Assembly: GCA_947475205.1 (NCBI GenBank)
Contig: CANJNG010000001.1
Location: forward strand, 679-64,678
Source: Bacteroidota bacterium
GTDB lineage: Bacteria > Bacteroidota > Bacteroidia > JAIBAJ01
Direction: 5' to 3'
DNA: 64,000 nucleotides
Within the stretch, counting starts at the first letter, position 1, and each line of letters opens with the position of its first letter. Shown here in pieces: positions 40,002 through 50,176 of the stretch. Under the pieces are notes generated by a model. That model saw nothing but the letters and a program-made list of their open reading frames with translations, was not told where the DNA came from and made no database searches. Both the position numbers and the translations under genes were made by a program.

Positions 40002-41126
40002 ATGCTTAGCTACTGGGAAAGTAAAAGCTTCTTGTTTCACCCCGATGTGTTGATTGTCGGTGGGGGAATTGTGGGTTTGTCGGCGGCTTTGTGGGCCAAG
40101 AAACTAAACCCTCAAGCATCGGTATTGCTTATTGAACGCGGCAATTTGCCCTCGGGTGCCAGCACCAAAAATGCAGGGTTTGCCTGCTTTGGCAGCATTG
40201 GAGAACTAATTGATGATTTAAAAGCAAGCCCCGAAGCCGAGGTATTGGCTTTGGTTAAAAACCGTTTCGAGGGACTTAAACTTTTACGAGAAACCCTAGG
40301 CGACGAAGCCATAAACTATGTTCCCTGCGGCGGCTACGAGTTGTTTCTTGAAAACGAAAGTCGGCATTTTGCAAAATGTTCTTCACAAATTAAGGCATTC
40401 AACGAAAAGATACAACAGCTTATGCAGCTCGAAAATACCTATTCGGTGGCTTCCGACCAAATCAGGGAGTTTGGCTTTTCGGGCGTTAGGGAATTCATTT
40501 TTAACCAACACGAAGGAGCTCTTGATACCGGAAAAATGATGCGGGCATTGTGGAAGAAATGTGTGGAAATGGATGTTGTGACCCTAACCGGCATTGGAGC
40601 GGAACAATTAGAAACCGGTAATGATTCCATTATTGTGAAGCTTTCGAACGGGTATCAAATTAATGCATCAACGGTGATTGTTGCCACTAATGCTTTTGCC
40701 CGCCAACTATTACCTGCTTTGGATGTGAAACCCGCCCGTGCTCAGGTTTTGATAACCGAGCCCATAGAAAAGCTCCCCTTTTCGGGAGCGTTTCACTTTG
40801 ATAAAGGCTATTACTATTTCAGGAATATAGATAACCGAATACTGCTTGGCGGAGGGCGTAATTTGGACTTCGAAACCGAAACCACTTATGAAATGGGCCT
40901 CACCAACCTTGTTCAGGAAGAGTTGGAGCATTATCTTCATACCCTGATTCTTCCCCGCCACAATGCAAAGATTGCCCAACGCTGGAGCGGCATTATGGGT
41001 TTGGGCGAAAACAAAAAAACAATACTTGAACGCTTGGATAAAAACCTCGTGGTAGCCGTCAGGATGGGTGGCATGGGGGTTGCCTTAGGCAGTTTGGTGG
41101 GAAAAAGGGCGGCGGAGATGATATAA
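40002..41126 (+). CDS. FAD-dependent oxidoreductase (DAO family)
   Basis: N-terminal VLIVGGGIVGLSAALWA Rossmann motif. 374 aa. Confidence 0.8.
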   Translation: MLSYWESKSFLFHPDVLIVGGGIVGLSAALWAKKLNPQASVLLIERGNLPSGASTKNAGFACFGSIGELIDDLKASPEAEVLALVKNRFEGLKLLRETLGDEAINYVPCGGYELFLENESRHFAKCSSQIKAFNEKIQQLMQLENTYSVASDQIREFGFSGVREFIFNQHEGALDTGKMMRALWKKCVEMDVVTLTGIGAEQLETGNDSIIVKLSNGYQINASTVIVATNAFARQLLPALDVKPARAQVLITEPIEKLPFSGAFHFDKGYYYFRNIDNRILLGGGRNLDFETETTYEMGLTNLVQEELEHYLHTLILPRHNAKIAQRWSGIMGLGENKKTILERLDKNLVVAVRMGGMGVALGSLVGKRAAEMI

Positions 41127-41139
41127 TCCTACCCTATCA

Positions 41140-41571
41140 CTACCCTTTAATCTCCATAAAAGCCCCCTTCTTATTCAGGTTTATCACTGCCTGTAGTTTT
41201 CGAAGCACATTTGTTCCCAATACGCCATCAATAGGGTCTTTCCCCATAGAAGCATAGGATTGATTAACGTGGGACAAATCCATCAATACCATGTGGAACT
41301 TTTTTAATTTAAGGTCGCCAATTTCCAGTGATTTAAGTTTCACATAATGGCTTTGCATAGAGTTTGTGCCAAGCCCGGTAGATAGCGATTCGTTTTCCTT
41401 TGGTTTTTCGTCAGTGGAAAAGGACTTGAATCGCTCTATGTCCATAACAGAATGCGTTGCACCGGTATCCACCAAAAAACTGGCCTTTAGCCCGTTTATT
41501 TTCAGTTTAAGAAAATAATGATAGCCGTTTTTTTCGTGTTCTACCTCTACGAGCTTTAGTTTTTGCTTCAT
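41140..41571 (-). CDS. retropepsin-like (clan AA) aspartic protease
   Basis: 143 aa with the LVDTGATHSVMD DTG active site. Confidence 0.7.
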   Translation of the reverse strand: MKQKLKLVEVEHEKNGYHYFLKLKINGLKASFLVDTGATHSVMDIERFKSFSTDEKPKENESLSTGLGTNSMQSHYVKLKSLEIGDLKLKKFHMVLMDLSHVNQSYASMGKDPIDGVLGTNVLRKLQAVINLNKKGAFMEIKG

Positions 41572-42314
41572 ACGAATGATAGGAAATGGTCATACACCGG
41601 ATTAGCCGGAATAAGTTGGTCTTTAATAGTGTGGAAAAATTCGGGATGCCATTGCACCGCCACCACTTTCCCTTCTTCTGCACCCTTCCAAGTAAAGGCT
41701 TCCACCAAGCCATCAGCAGGACTTATAGCTTGCACTTTAAGGTTTTTGCCTAAATCTTTTACGCCTTGATGATGAACCGTATTTACTTGTGGTTTGGAAT
41801 ATTCGGTGAAAAGCTTCGCAAACAGTCCATCGGGCGTAAAACTCACCGGATGGCAAATCTTATCATACAATTCAGCACTGCGGTGAGCGGAAATGGTCGG
41901 AATTTGCGTTTGCAAATCTTGATACAATGTTCCTCCAAAGTATGCATTCATCAACTGAAACCCGCGGCAGATAGCAAATACCGGTTTGTTGTTCTTAATA
42001 GCGAAATCCATAATCTTCAACTCATAGCCATCCCGGTGGGCATCGCCTTTCCAACGGCCATCGAGAATGGGCGTTTCGCCGTAGGTTTCAGGTGCCAAAT
42101 CAGCTCCTCCTTGAAAAACAAAACCATCCATCTGCGAAATGAAATCGGTGAACTGCTCTTCATCATCCAAGTCGGGAATCAAAATAGGCATATACCCTTT
42201 GCGAGAAAGGTATCGCGACATATCCCGCTCAAAGTATTGCAGGGTTTTATGTCCGTGGGCGGTGCGGGCGGAATCGGGGTAAATAAAACAAGCGGAAACG
42301 CCAATAAACTTCAT
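41568..42314 (-). CDS. class I glutamine amidotransferase / gamma-glutamyl hydrolase (peptidase C26) family
   Basis: 248 aa. The catalytic Cys lies in FAICRGFQLMN. VQWHPE is the His region. Confidence 0.8.
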   Translation of the reverse strand: MKFIGVSACFIYPDSARTAHGHKTLQYFERDMSRYLSRKGYMPILIPDLDDEEQFTDFISQMDGFVFQGGADLAPETYGETPILDGRWKGDAHRDGYELKIMDFAIKNNKPVFAICRGFQLMNAYFGGTLYQDLQTQIPTISAHRSAELYDKICHPVSFTPDGLFAKLFTEYSKPQVNTVHHQGVKDLGKNLKVQAISPADGLVEAFTWKGAEEGKVVAVQWHPEFFHTIKDQLIPANPVYDHFLSFV

Positions 42315-42339
42315 TGGCCAAAGGTAGTAAAAACTGATT

Positions 42340-43068
42340 CTAACTGTAAATCCCGCCGTTTACATTTATCACCTCGGCCGTAATATAGGATGCTTCGGGA
42401 GAAGCTAAAAACCCAACTACAGCAGCTACTTCTTCGGGTTTACCAAAACGGTTCATAGGTATCATCCCCTTTAACTCAGCTTCGGGAAGTTCGGCAGTCA
42501 TATCGGTAGCAATAAAGCCCGGTGCTACTGCATTAACGGTAATATTTCGTTTAGCTAATTCTAAACCCAAGGATTTGGTAGCACCAATAATTCCGGCTTT
42601 TGCCGCAGCATAATTCACCTGGCCCGGATTACCTTTTACTCCCGCCAAAGAAACAATATTTATTATCCTACCATAGCGTTTCCTAACCATGCCTTGCAGC
42701 AAGGGCTTGGTAACATTGTAAAAACTATTCAGGTTTGTATTGATGATTTTACCCCAATCCTCCTGCTCCATTTGAACCATTAGCAAATCGCGGGTAATGC
42801 CGGCATTATTTACCAGCACCTCTACAATGTGTTCGGGGTGAGATGCTAACCAAGCCTCCAAAGTAGATTTAGTATTTTCAAAATTGGAAACATCAAACTG
42901 CAGAACTTCTCCATCTCCCCCTTCCGTTCTTATCTCGTCTAAGGTGATTTGGGCTTCATCAATTTTGGAATTAAAGTTCACCACAACATAGTAGCCCATC
43001 TTGCCCAACTTTCGGGCAACGGCTCGCCCTATGCCACGCGAAGCTCCAGTTACTAGTGCTGTTTTCAT
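42340..43068 (-). CDS. fabG: 3-oxoacyl-ACP reductase-like SDR
   Basis: 242 aa with TGASRGIGRAVA, NNAG and the YxxxK triad. Confidence 0.8.
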   Translation of the reverse strand: MKTALVTGASRGIGRAVARKLGKMGYYVVVNFNSKIDEAQITLDEIRTEGGDGEVLQFDVSNFENTKSTLEAWLASHPEHIVEVLVNNAGITRDLLMVQMEQEDWGKIINTNLNSFYNVTKPLLQGMVRKRYGRIINIVSLAGVKGNPGQVNYAAAKAGIIGATKSLGLELAKRNITVNAVAPGFIATDMTAELPEAELKGMIPMNRFGKPEEVAAVVGFLASPEASYITAEVINVNGGIYS

Positions 43069-43156
43069 ACGTGTTGATTAGGTGATTATTGGAATTTTGT
43101 TTTTAAACCCCCTCCAACTCCCCCTTTAAAAGGGGGAGAGCAGCGGAAACTCTTTC

Positions 43157-44689
43157 TTACAGCTCCAAATCGTTTTCTTTCAAATAATCGCTAAGCTTTT
43201 TAATCTCTTTGTATTTGGGCGAATCGGTAACAAATTTATCCGAAACACTTCGGATATGGTCATACACCTTTCGGGTAAGCGGCGACATCTTTTTGTCCGA
43301 TTTCAAAAAGTCAATTGCCTGAGCAATGGCCATCATCTCAATAGCCAACACATCAAAGGTGTTGTCGATTACTTTTTTGGTGATAAGGGCAGCATTAGTC
43401 CCCATGCTCACAATATCCTGATTGTCGTTATTGCAGGGAATACTGTGAACATACATTGGGTTGCTGAGTGTTTGATTTTCGGCAGTAGTGCTGGTCGCGG
43501 TAAACTGTATGCCTTGCATTCCGAAATTCAAGCCCAGTTTGCCCAAATTGACAAAGGGGGGTAAAACGTTATTCAGTTTATCGTTCACCAAAAAGTTAAG
43601 TTGACGTTCGGCCAACATGCAAGTTTTGGTAACTGCAATCTTCATTTTGTCCATCTCCAATGCCACATAATCACCGTGGAAATTTCCACCGTGATATACA
43701 TTCTCGCGTTCGGCATCTATCACTGGATTATCATTCACCGAATTCAATTCATTCACCAACACCCTTTCGGCATATTCCAAAGTGTCCCAAACGGGGCCTA
43801 AAATCTGGGGAACGCATCGAACAGAATAGTATTCCTGCACTTTTTCCTTGATAACATCCACCTCCACTTTCTTATTGTAAAGATGGTCGGGACGATGCTT
43901 AACCAATTTGCTTCCGGCCAAGAGTTTTCGCATTTCGGCAGCCACATTTGCCTGACCGTTATGGCGTTTAGTGTCGTTTAGTTCAAACGAGAAGTGGTCA
44001 TCATAAGCCTGCACAATTTCGTTTATGATAGCCGAGGCTACAATAGAATAGTGCATAGCACGGCGAGCTAGTTTCAGGTTTATAAGTCCAATACCCGTCA
44101 TGGCCGAAGTGCCGTTCATGAGAGCTAGACCCTCCCTTACATGTACCTTTAGCTGGGTAATGTTGTTAGTTGCGAATACGCCTTTTGTTTCTTGAATTTT
44201 ACCATCAAAAAGCACTTCTCCTTCGCCAATAAGCCCCAAGGCCAAGTGAGCCAATTGCACCAAATCGCCGCTGGCACCTACTCCCCCATGTTCGGGAATT
44301 GCAGGAAGGATGTTTTTGGAAAGCAATGTGGCCAACAGTTCCACTGCGTCGGTATGAATGCCCGAAAAGCCTTTTAGAAGTGTGTTGAGCCGAGCTAAAA
44401 CAACAGAGCGGAGATACAATTCAGGTAAGAAATTCCCAGCCCCTGCACTGTGACTGCGGATTAAATTATATTGAAGTTCCTCGCGGCTTTCGTCATCAAT
44501 TTTGAATTGAGCCATGGACCCGAAGCCCGTGTTGATGCCGTAAATGACTTTGTCTTGCGAAAATTTCTTTAAAAAGGCATAGCTTTTCTCCACCTTTTCC
44601 TTGGCTTCTGAAGAAATTTCTACTGTATCTCTATTTGATATTACTTGAAAAAACTGTTCTGCACCAAGTTCGCCGCTCCCTATTCTCAT
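43157..44689 (-). CDS. aromatic amino acid ammonia-lyase (HAL/PAL/TAL family, MIO cofactor)
   Basis: 510 aa. The GASGDL (Ala-Ser-Gly MIO-forming triad) sits in a conserved context. Substrate (His or Tyr) cannot be assigned from sequence alone. Confidence 0.85.
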   Translation of the reverse strand: MRIGSGELGAEQFFQVISNRDTVEISSEAKEKVEKSYAFLKKFSQDKVIYGINTGFGSMAQFKIDDESREELQYNLIRSHSAGAGNFLPELYLRSVVLARLNTLLKGFSGIHTDAVELLATLLSKNILPAIPEHGGVGASGDLVQLAHLALGLIGEGEVLFDGKIQETKGVFATNNITQLKVHVREGLALMNGTSAMTGIGLINLKLARRAMHYSIVASAIINEIVQAYDDHFSFELNDTKRHNGQANVAAEMRKLLAGSKLVKHRPDHLYNKKVEVDVIKEKVQEYYSVRCVPQILGPVWDTLEYAERVLVNELNSVNDNPVIDAERENVYHGGNFHGDYVALEMDKMKIAVTKTCMLAERQLNFLVNDKLNNVLPPFVNLGKLGLNFGMQGIQFTATSTTAENQTLSNPMYVHSIPCNNDNQDIVSMGTNAALITKKVIDNTFDVLAIEMMAIAQAIDFLKSDKKMSPLTRKVYDHIRSVSDKFVTDSPKYKEIKKLSDYLKENDLEL

Positions 44690-44977
44690 ATCTATTTGTT
44701 GACGGATATATCCGTTTATGTTTTTCTGAAAAATCTAATTCTAAATCCTTGATTTTATAGATAAGTCCTGATTTTCAGGACTATTTTTTATAAAGGCGGC
44801 AAAGATACATTTTGTGTTAAATATTGGTAACAACAGAATTAGGATTTTATCAAATTCTTACTAAAGTGTTATCAAGTGCCAATATAATTAAGAAAACCTG
44901 TACCTTTTCTAAAACAAAAACTACCTCTTAAAACGATGCTTTCGCTTTAAGGGGTAGTTAGTTACAGCAAGTATTTT

Positions 44978-45937
44978 CTAATATGCAAACACGGCATTAT
45001 TAGCTGTGCCATTGAAATCCCAAGCTACTTTATAGCCATAAGCACAACCCGATGCTGAGGCTGCTGTGCCATCTTGATTTACACCAAGGGTAAGCGTATA
45101 ATTAGCATTATTTACGTGGCAAACCAATTCACCTGATTTAAACTTCCATAACCCGCAGGTTGTGTTGGATTGGATGGGGGTATTGTAATAGGTTGTGAAA
45201 GGTTGATTTATTCGGGTTAGTCCCCAAGTGTCGGTGTTGGCAAAGCCATTAACGGTAGTATCGCCATAAGCCTTGAAGTTAATTGCACCTGTAGCTGACA
45301 CATAACTCCATTCCGACCTGCGTGCACTGTTCCATATGGCTTGGCCATTATTGTTGAATTTCACATCAACGTTGAAAGCTCGTTCTTGATAAGTAACAGG
45401 ATTTCCATAATACACTTGAAGCCAGTCTAAGCCATTCACATTCTTAAGTGTTTTAACACCGTTAAACATGATATATCTTCCGCTACTTATGTGTGTAATT
45501 TTATAATCGGTAAAGGTTTCAGTAATTACCGAACCAGCATCGTTCCATTGTTGTCCAGTTGTAAGTTGTACTTTAATATTTCCTGACCTTTTGTAGGCAG
45601 AATTCAAGCAAGTGGCCACGGCATCATTGAAGCTAAAATAAATGATTTTATCATTCGCTCCTGAAACTGAATCAATGGTACACCCGCAAATAGTTGTTGC
45701 AGCTATTTGAAAGCCTTCTTCTGTTTTGTTGAACGTTGAATTACCCCTCAAAACGCTATTAATGTCATTGTCCGCTTGGTCCATTTGGCTTTTGTAATCA
45801 TTACCATCTTTATTTTGTTGATCCACGTTAGCATCTAGGGTGGAGTCTGTAGTAGTTGTTGTTGGTTTTTTGCAAGATGTCATAACACCAAACATTAAAA
45901 CAGCCATTATAGAGGCTGAAATAACTGAAATTTTCAT
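44978..45937 (-). CDS. hypothetical lipoprotein
   Basis: 319 aa with a signal peptide and lipobox (MTSC). Ser/Thr/Asn-rich. No family was recognised. Confidence 0.5.
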   Translation of the reverse strand: MKISVISASIMAVLMFGVMTSCKKPTTTTTDSTLDANVDQQNKDGNDYKSQMDQADNDINSVLRGNSTFNKTEEGFQIAATTICGCTIDSVSGANDKIIYFSFNDAVATCLNSAYKRSGNIKVQLTTGQQWNDAGSVITETFTDYKITHISSGRYIMFNGVKTLKNVNGLDWLQVYYGNPVTYQERAFNVDVKFNNNGQAIWNSARRSEWSYVSATGAINFKAYGDTTVNGFANTDTWGLTRINQPFTTYYNTPIQSNTTCGLWKFKSGELVCHVNNANYTLTLGVNQDGTAASASGCAYGYKVAWDFNGTANNAVFAY

Positions 45938-46070
45938 TTTAAGAATTGAATTTTAATTTGATGGCAAAAGTAAAGCATTTTTTAAACACCAAGCAGGTTA
46001 TGCTATTACTTTTTATTACTCTTGCTATTTTTAGCCGCAATTGGAAAGCAGGACACCAAATTATTATGTG

Positions 46071-47210
46071 TTACGCCACTAATTCCAATTCGTAAATCTT
46101 CATTAGTTGAGCCACGGCATAATCAATTTCAGCTTTTGTGGTGAATTTAGAAAACGAAAATCGCACCGATGGCCTGTCGGGGTTGGCATTAATTCCACGC
46201 AAAACGTGCGAGCCAATTTCGGTTCCGCTACTACAGGCACTTCCGCCCGAAGCAGCCACTCCGGCAATATCTAAACTAAAAAGAAGCATTTCGGCTTTGG
46301 AGGTTGGGGGAAACGAAACATTCAAAACCGTGTAAAGCGATTTGCCTTTTGCGTCGCCGTTAAACTGCACATCGGGAATATTGGCCTCTAATTTTTCAAT
46401 CATATAGGTTTTAATTCCCTGCACATAATCAATGTGTTCCTGCATTTCACGCATGCAAATTTCGAGGGCTTTTGCCAATCCAACAATCCCATACAAATTT
46501 TCGGTACCGCCTCGCATATTGCGTTCCTGTGAGCCGCCATGAATCAATGGTGTTATGCTTACATCGGAATTTACATACAAAAACCCAACACCTTTTGGCC
46601 CATGAAATTTGTGTGCTGCCGAATTAAGAAAATGCACCTTCGTTTCTTGAAGATTAAAGCCATAATGTCCGATGGTTTGAACGGTATCGGTATGAAAAAT
46701 GGCCTTGTGCTTTTCGGCTAATTCCGAAACGGCTTTTAAATTCAGCAAATTTCCTATTTCGTTGTTGGCGTGCATCAGCGATATAAAACTTCGTTCGTTT
46801 GCGGTCAAAAGCTCTTCGAGATGAGCTAAATCTATATGCCCATCGGCCAACAATTTCACAAAACTAAGCTTTATCAATCCACGCTTTTCCATAGCTTCGA
46901 GGGTATGCACCACAGCATGATGTTCTATGGGAGAGGTGATGGCGTGGGTTATCCCTAAATCAAAAATACTGCACTGAATAGCCATGTTGTTGGCTTCGGT
47001 GCCGCCCGATGTAAAAAATATTTCGGAAGGAGAAACGTGCAAATAATTGGCTACCGTTTTGCGGGCTTGTTCAATGGCTGAGCGGGTTTTACGGCCAAAA
47101 CCGTGAATTGAGGAAGGGTTGCCAAAATGCTCGGTCATGTAGGGGAGCATCGCTTCGAGCACTTCTTTGTCGAGCGGAGTGGTGGCGGCGTTATCTAAAT
47201 AGGCTTGCAT
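46071..47210 (-). CDS. cysteine desulfurase (aminotransferase class V, IscS/NifS-like)
   Basis: 379 aa with a PLP-binding region (SAAHKFHGPKG) and a C-terminal SGGSACSSG. Confidence 0.85.
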   Translation of the reverse strand: MQAYLDNAATTPLDKEVLEAMLPYMTEHFGNPSSIHGFGRKTRSAIEQARKTVANYLHVSPSEIFFTSGGTEANNMAIQCSIFDLGITHAITSPIEHHAVVHTLEAMEKRGLIKLSFVKLLADGHIDLAHLEELLTANERSFISLMHANNEIGNLLNLKAVSELAEKHKAIFHTDTVQTIGHYGFNLQETKVHFLNSAAHKFHGPKGVGFLYVNSDVSITPLIHGGSQERNMRGGTENLYGIVGLAKALEICMREMQEHIDYVQGIKTYMIEKLEANIPDVQFNGDAKGKSLYTVLNVSFPPTSKAEMLLFSLDIAGVAASGGSACSSGTEIGSHVLRGINANPDRPSVRFSFSKFTTKAEIDYAVAQLMKIYELELVA

Positions 47211-47289
47211 TTTTAAATAGGAAGCAAAGGTAGTAATAAGAATAGAGTAGTGAGAGGTTGCCGCCGGATGGTTCTCTACCCAGACAACC

Positions 47290-47649
47290 CTACGACATTT
47301 CGGCCAACTCGGCCTTCAGCTTCTTGGTGAGCGAATCACATACTAATCTGTAGGAATCGTCAATCCATTCCCGAACCAATATGTCGGCCACCGAACCGTC
47401 AAGCATCACCGTGTTCCAGTTTTGCTTGTTCATGTGATAGCCGGGCAAAACGCAGGGATACGTTTCCCGCAACAAAATAGCTTTTTCAGGGTCGCATTTC
47501 AGATTTACCGATGGGTCAATACTATCTAATCCCGTGAGGGCAAACATTTTCCCCATCACTTTAAAAACAAGGGTTTCGGGGCCAAAGGGAAAGGTTTCTT
47601 CCACGCCCGGCTTTGCAAGGCAGAAATCACGCAGTTGTTCTAAATTCAT
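47290..47649 (-). CDS. MmcQ/YjbR-family protein
   Basis: 119 aa. The MNLEQLRDFCLAKPGVEETFPFGPETLVFKVMGKMFA sequence matches this family. Confidence 0.7.
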   Translation of the reverse strand: MNLEQLRDFCLAKPGVEETFPFGPETLVFKVMGKMFALTGLDSIDPSVNLKCDPEKAILLRETYPCVLPGYHMNKQNWNTVMLDGSVADILVREWIDDSYRLVCDSLTKKLKAELAEMS

Positions 47650-48214
47650 TTTTCAAGGCATTATCAATTTCGTTCAATTCCTTATACCAATCTTCACCAA
47701 ACTTCCGAATCAGGGGTGTTTTCAGGAATTTGAATACCTGTACATCCAATTTTTCGCCACAGTTGCATGCGGGTTTGCAAATATCCCACTCATGAAAATT
47801 CACAGCATCAAACCCCTCATATTCCGTTACCCTAACCGGATATAGATGGCAAGAAACCGGTTTCTGAAACTCAACTTTACCAGCTAACCAAGCCTTTTCT
47901 ATAGCACACGACGCTTTTCCGTCGGCTTCAAAAACAGTGTAAGCACATTCCCGTCCGGCCACAAGCGGCGTGCCCAAATCGCCATCCTTATCGGTAACCG
48001 AAGTGCCAAGTTCTTCCACTGTCTTTATGCCCTTTTCGTTCATAAAGGGTTTTACATCTTCATAAATTTCTTCTAAAACTAAGGCTTCTTTTACCGAAAG
48101 CGGTGCTCCCGAATCGCCAGCCACACAGCATGCACCTTTGCAGGCAGCGAGGTCGCACACAAACTTTTTGCTTAGAAGTTCCTGACTTACAATAGTATTT
48201 TGAATGGCAAACAT
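47627..48214 (-). CDS. DUF3109-family protein (Cys-rich)
   Basis: 195 aa with CDLAACKGACC and further conserved Cys. It overlaps the downstream MmcQ gene by 23 nt. Confidence 0.6.
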   Translation of the reverse strand: MFAIQNTIVSQELLSKKFVCDLAACKGACCVAGDSGAPLSVKEALVLEEIYEDVKPFMNEKGIKTVEELGTSVTDKDGDLGTPLVAGRECAYTVFEADGKASCAIEKAWLAGKVEFQKPVSCHLYPVRVTEYEGFDAVNFHEWDICKPACNCGEKLDVQVFKFLKTPLIRKFGEDWYKELNEIDNALKNEFRTTA

Positions 48215-48324
48215 TTGGGCAAAAATAGCCTTTTGGCAATGTTTTTTGGTTTTTTAGCGATTATTTGATGCTAATGGTAGCTACAGCGACTTAATTCCAA
48301 CTATTTTCGCCCTTCAATTTACAA

Positions 48325-49050
48325 ATGAAAAAACACCTTCTGCTCATTTTAGGCTTGTCGGCATCCTTAGTTTCGCAAGCAATTTCGCCCGATTCGCTCA
48401 CAGTTAAAAAGCCAAAAGCTAAACCACAGGCTAAAGAACGCACTTTTTTGACTTACGATTTCAATTTTCTATCCAGTTCAGGTTCGGGGATTAAAGTTTC
48501 ACCTATCCGTTCGGGAGGTGTTACTGCCGCTGTGTTTTTCGACAAACCACTTGGTCGTTCACCTATCAGCCTGGCCATTGGAGTTGGCTTTTCTTCATTC
48601 AATATCCACAGCCGTTCGGTTATTGCTTCCGACTCCGTAGGGGCAAATTATTTTATGAAGCTGCCCGATTCAATGAACATCAAACGCAACAAACTTTCTT
48701 TAAACTATGTGGAAGTTCCTTTTGAATTGCGTTTCCGCTCAAAACCGAACGCCAAGAATCAAAGTTTTAAATTTGCTGTAGGCTTCAAAGTTGGCTATAT
48801 GCTTCAAAGCCACTGGAAATTTAAAGGAGAAGATTTAAGCACCGCCGCCAAAGATGTTATCAAAACCAAATCTTTCGACATCAACAATATTTCGCCTTTC
48901 CGCTTCGGGCCAACTGTTCGCGTAGGCTACGGAATGTTTAACGTTTACGCGTTCTATTCTATGCAGGGAATTTTCAACGATGTAAATGTGTCGAAAGGCC
49001 AACCCAACCCACAAGGTTTAACATTTGGAATAGCAGTAACCCCGTATTAA
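48325..49050 (+). CDS. outer-membrane beta-barrel protein
   Basis: 241 aa with a signal peptide, alternating amphipathic strands and a C-terminal aromatic residue. Confidence 0.65.
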   Translation: MKKHLLLILGLSASLVSQAISPDSLTVKKPKAKPQAKERTFLTYDFNFLSSSGSGIKVSPIRSGGVTAAVFFDKPLGRSPISLAIGVGFSSFNIHSRSVIASDSVGANYFMKLPDSMNIKRNKLSLNYVEVPFELRFRSKPNAKNQSFKFAVGFKVGYMLQSHWKFKGEDLSTAAKDVIKTKSFDINNISPFRFGPTVRVGYGMFNVYAFYSMQGIFNDVNVSKGQPNPQGLTFGIAVTPY

Positions 49051-49071
49051 GCTTCCGAACACGATTTTTAA

Positions 49072-49119
49072 AAACCCCGAAACAAATAACATTACTGGTT
49101 ATTTGTTTCGGGTTTTTTG
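49072..49119 (+). terminator. rho-independent terminator after the OM beta-barrel gene
   Basis: CCCGAAACAAATAAC-ATTACTG-GTTATTTGTTTCGGG followed by TTTTTTG. The 15-bp stem is perfect. Confidence 0.85.
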
Positions 49120-49222
49120 TTTCCTGATAAGTTTTATTCTGCCGTCCCATTCGTTCAAATTTAGCCGTAGTGTTGCAATATTTTGAATCCTGCATACTTT
49201 TGTCTGATAAACACCCCAGCTA

Positions 49223-50176
49223 TTGCAAACACTTTCGTCAGAAAATCCTCCTGATTTCTCGGTAATAGTGCCGGTGTATAACAGTGCATCAACCCTTGAA
49301 CGGCTTTTTAAAGAAATTGATAAAACCTTCAAAAAGGAACATCAAAGCTACGAGGTAATATTTGTAGATGATTTCAGCGTGGATGGTTCATTGGCTAAAT
49401 TGAAAGAACTTCAAAATAAACACCCACATCAGCTTAATTACATCAGCCTAAGCCACAATCACGGCCAGCATATTGCTACTTTTTGTGGGATATTGCACAG
49501 CAAAGGACACTACATTATAACCCTCGACGACGATTTAGAAACCCCGCCAGCCGAAATTCAAAAACTTATTACTTGCCTTTCAGAAACTCAGGCCGACTTA
49601 GTATATGGAATGTCGGGCAAAGCAAATGGGCAGGGAAACGGAAAATTGGTTAGGGATGCTGGAGGTTTTTTATTCAAAAAGATTTTAAGCAAGGGAGCCG
49701 AAGTGAATGGCAAAGGGTCGTCGTTCCGTCTATTTAAAGGCGATTTACGGCAAAAGCTGGCCGCCATAAATTTTGAGTTTATTTTTTTGGATGAAATACT
49801 GCATTGGCACGTTTCCAAAATTCATCACACCGAAATAGAAACAGCAAAGCGGATTGCAGGCCAGTCGGGATATTCTCTCTTTAACCTGATTAGTATCTCT
49901 GCCCGAATTGTATTCAACTATTCCGATTTCCCGATAAAACTAATGATTTGGGGTGGAACATTTTCGGCAATGATATGCTTCGGCTTGGGTATTTATCATG
50001 TTTACAACAAACTGTTTAATGATGTTCAGCTTGGGTTTACATCCCTCATCACCTCCATTTTTTTTGGCACGGGTATTATTCTGTTTGCTTTAGGAATAAT
50101 AGGCGAATATCTTCGGAAAATCTATTTTCTGCAATTGGGTAAGCAAAACTTTAAAATTAAAGATTCCTCGTTTTGA
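49223..50176 (+). CDS. family 2 glycosyltransferase, GtrB/ArnC-like polyprenyl-phosphate glycosyltransferase
   Basis: FSVIVPVYN...VDDFSVDGS...DDDLETPP. It has C-terminal TM helices. Confidence 0.8.
   Translation: MQTLSSENPPDFSVIVPVYNSASTLERLFKEIDKTFKKEHQSYEVIFVDDFSVDGSLAKLKELQNKHPHQLNYISLSHNHGQHIATFCGILHSKGHYIITLDDDLETPPAEIQKLITCLSETQADLVYGMSGKANGQGNGKLVRDAGGFLFKKILSKGAEVNGKGSSFRLFKGDLRQKLAAINFEFIFLDEILHWHVSKIHHTEIETAKRIAGQSGYSLFNLISISARIVFNYSDFPIKLMIWGGTFSAMICFGLGIYHVYNKLFNDVQLGFTSLITSIFFGTGIILFALGIIGEYLRKIYFLQLGKQNFKIKDSSF

Noticed and set aside
43118-43138. Near-palindromic hairpin CTCCCCCTTT/AAAAGGGGGAG as a terminator between HAL and fabG
   Set aside because: No U-tract follows it on the transcribed (minus) strand, so it is at best a weak or attenuating structure. 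It was not listed as a terminator feature.
44760-44800. Hairpin AGTCCTGATTTTCAGGACT + ATTTTTTAT as a plus-strand terminator
   Set aside because: Both flanking genes are on the minus strand, where the element lacks a proper U-tract. Its function is unclear, so it was not annotated.
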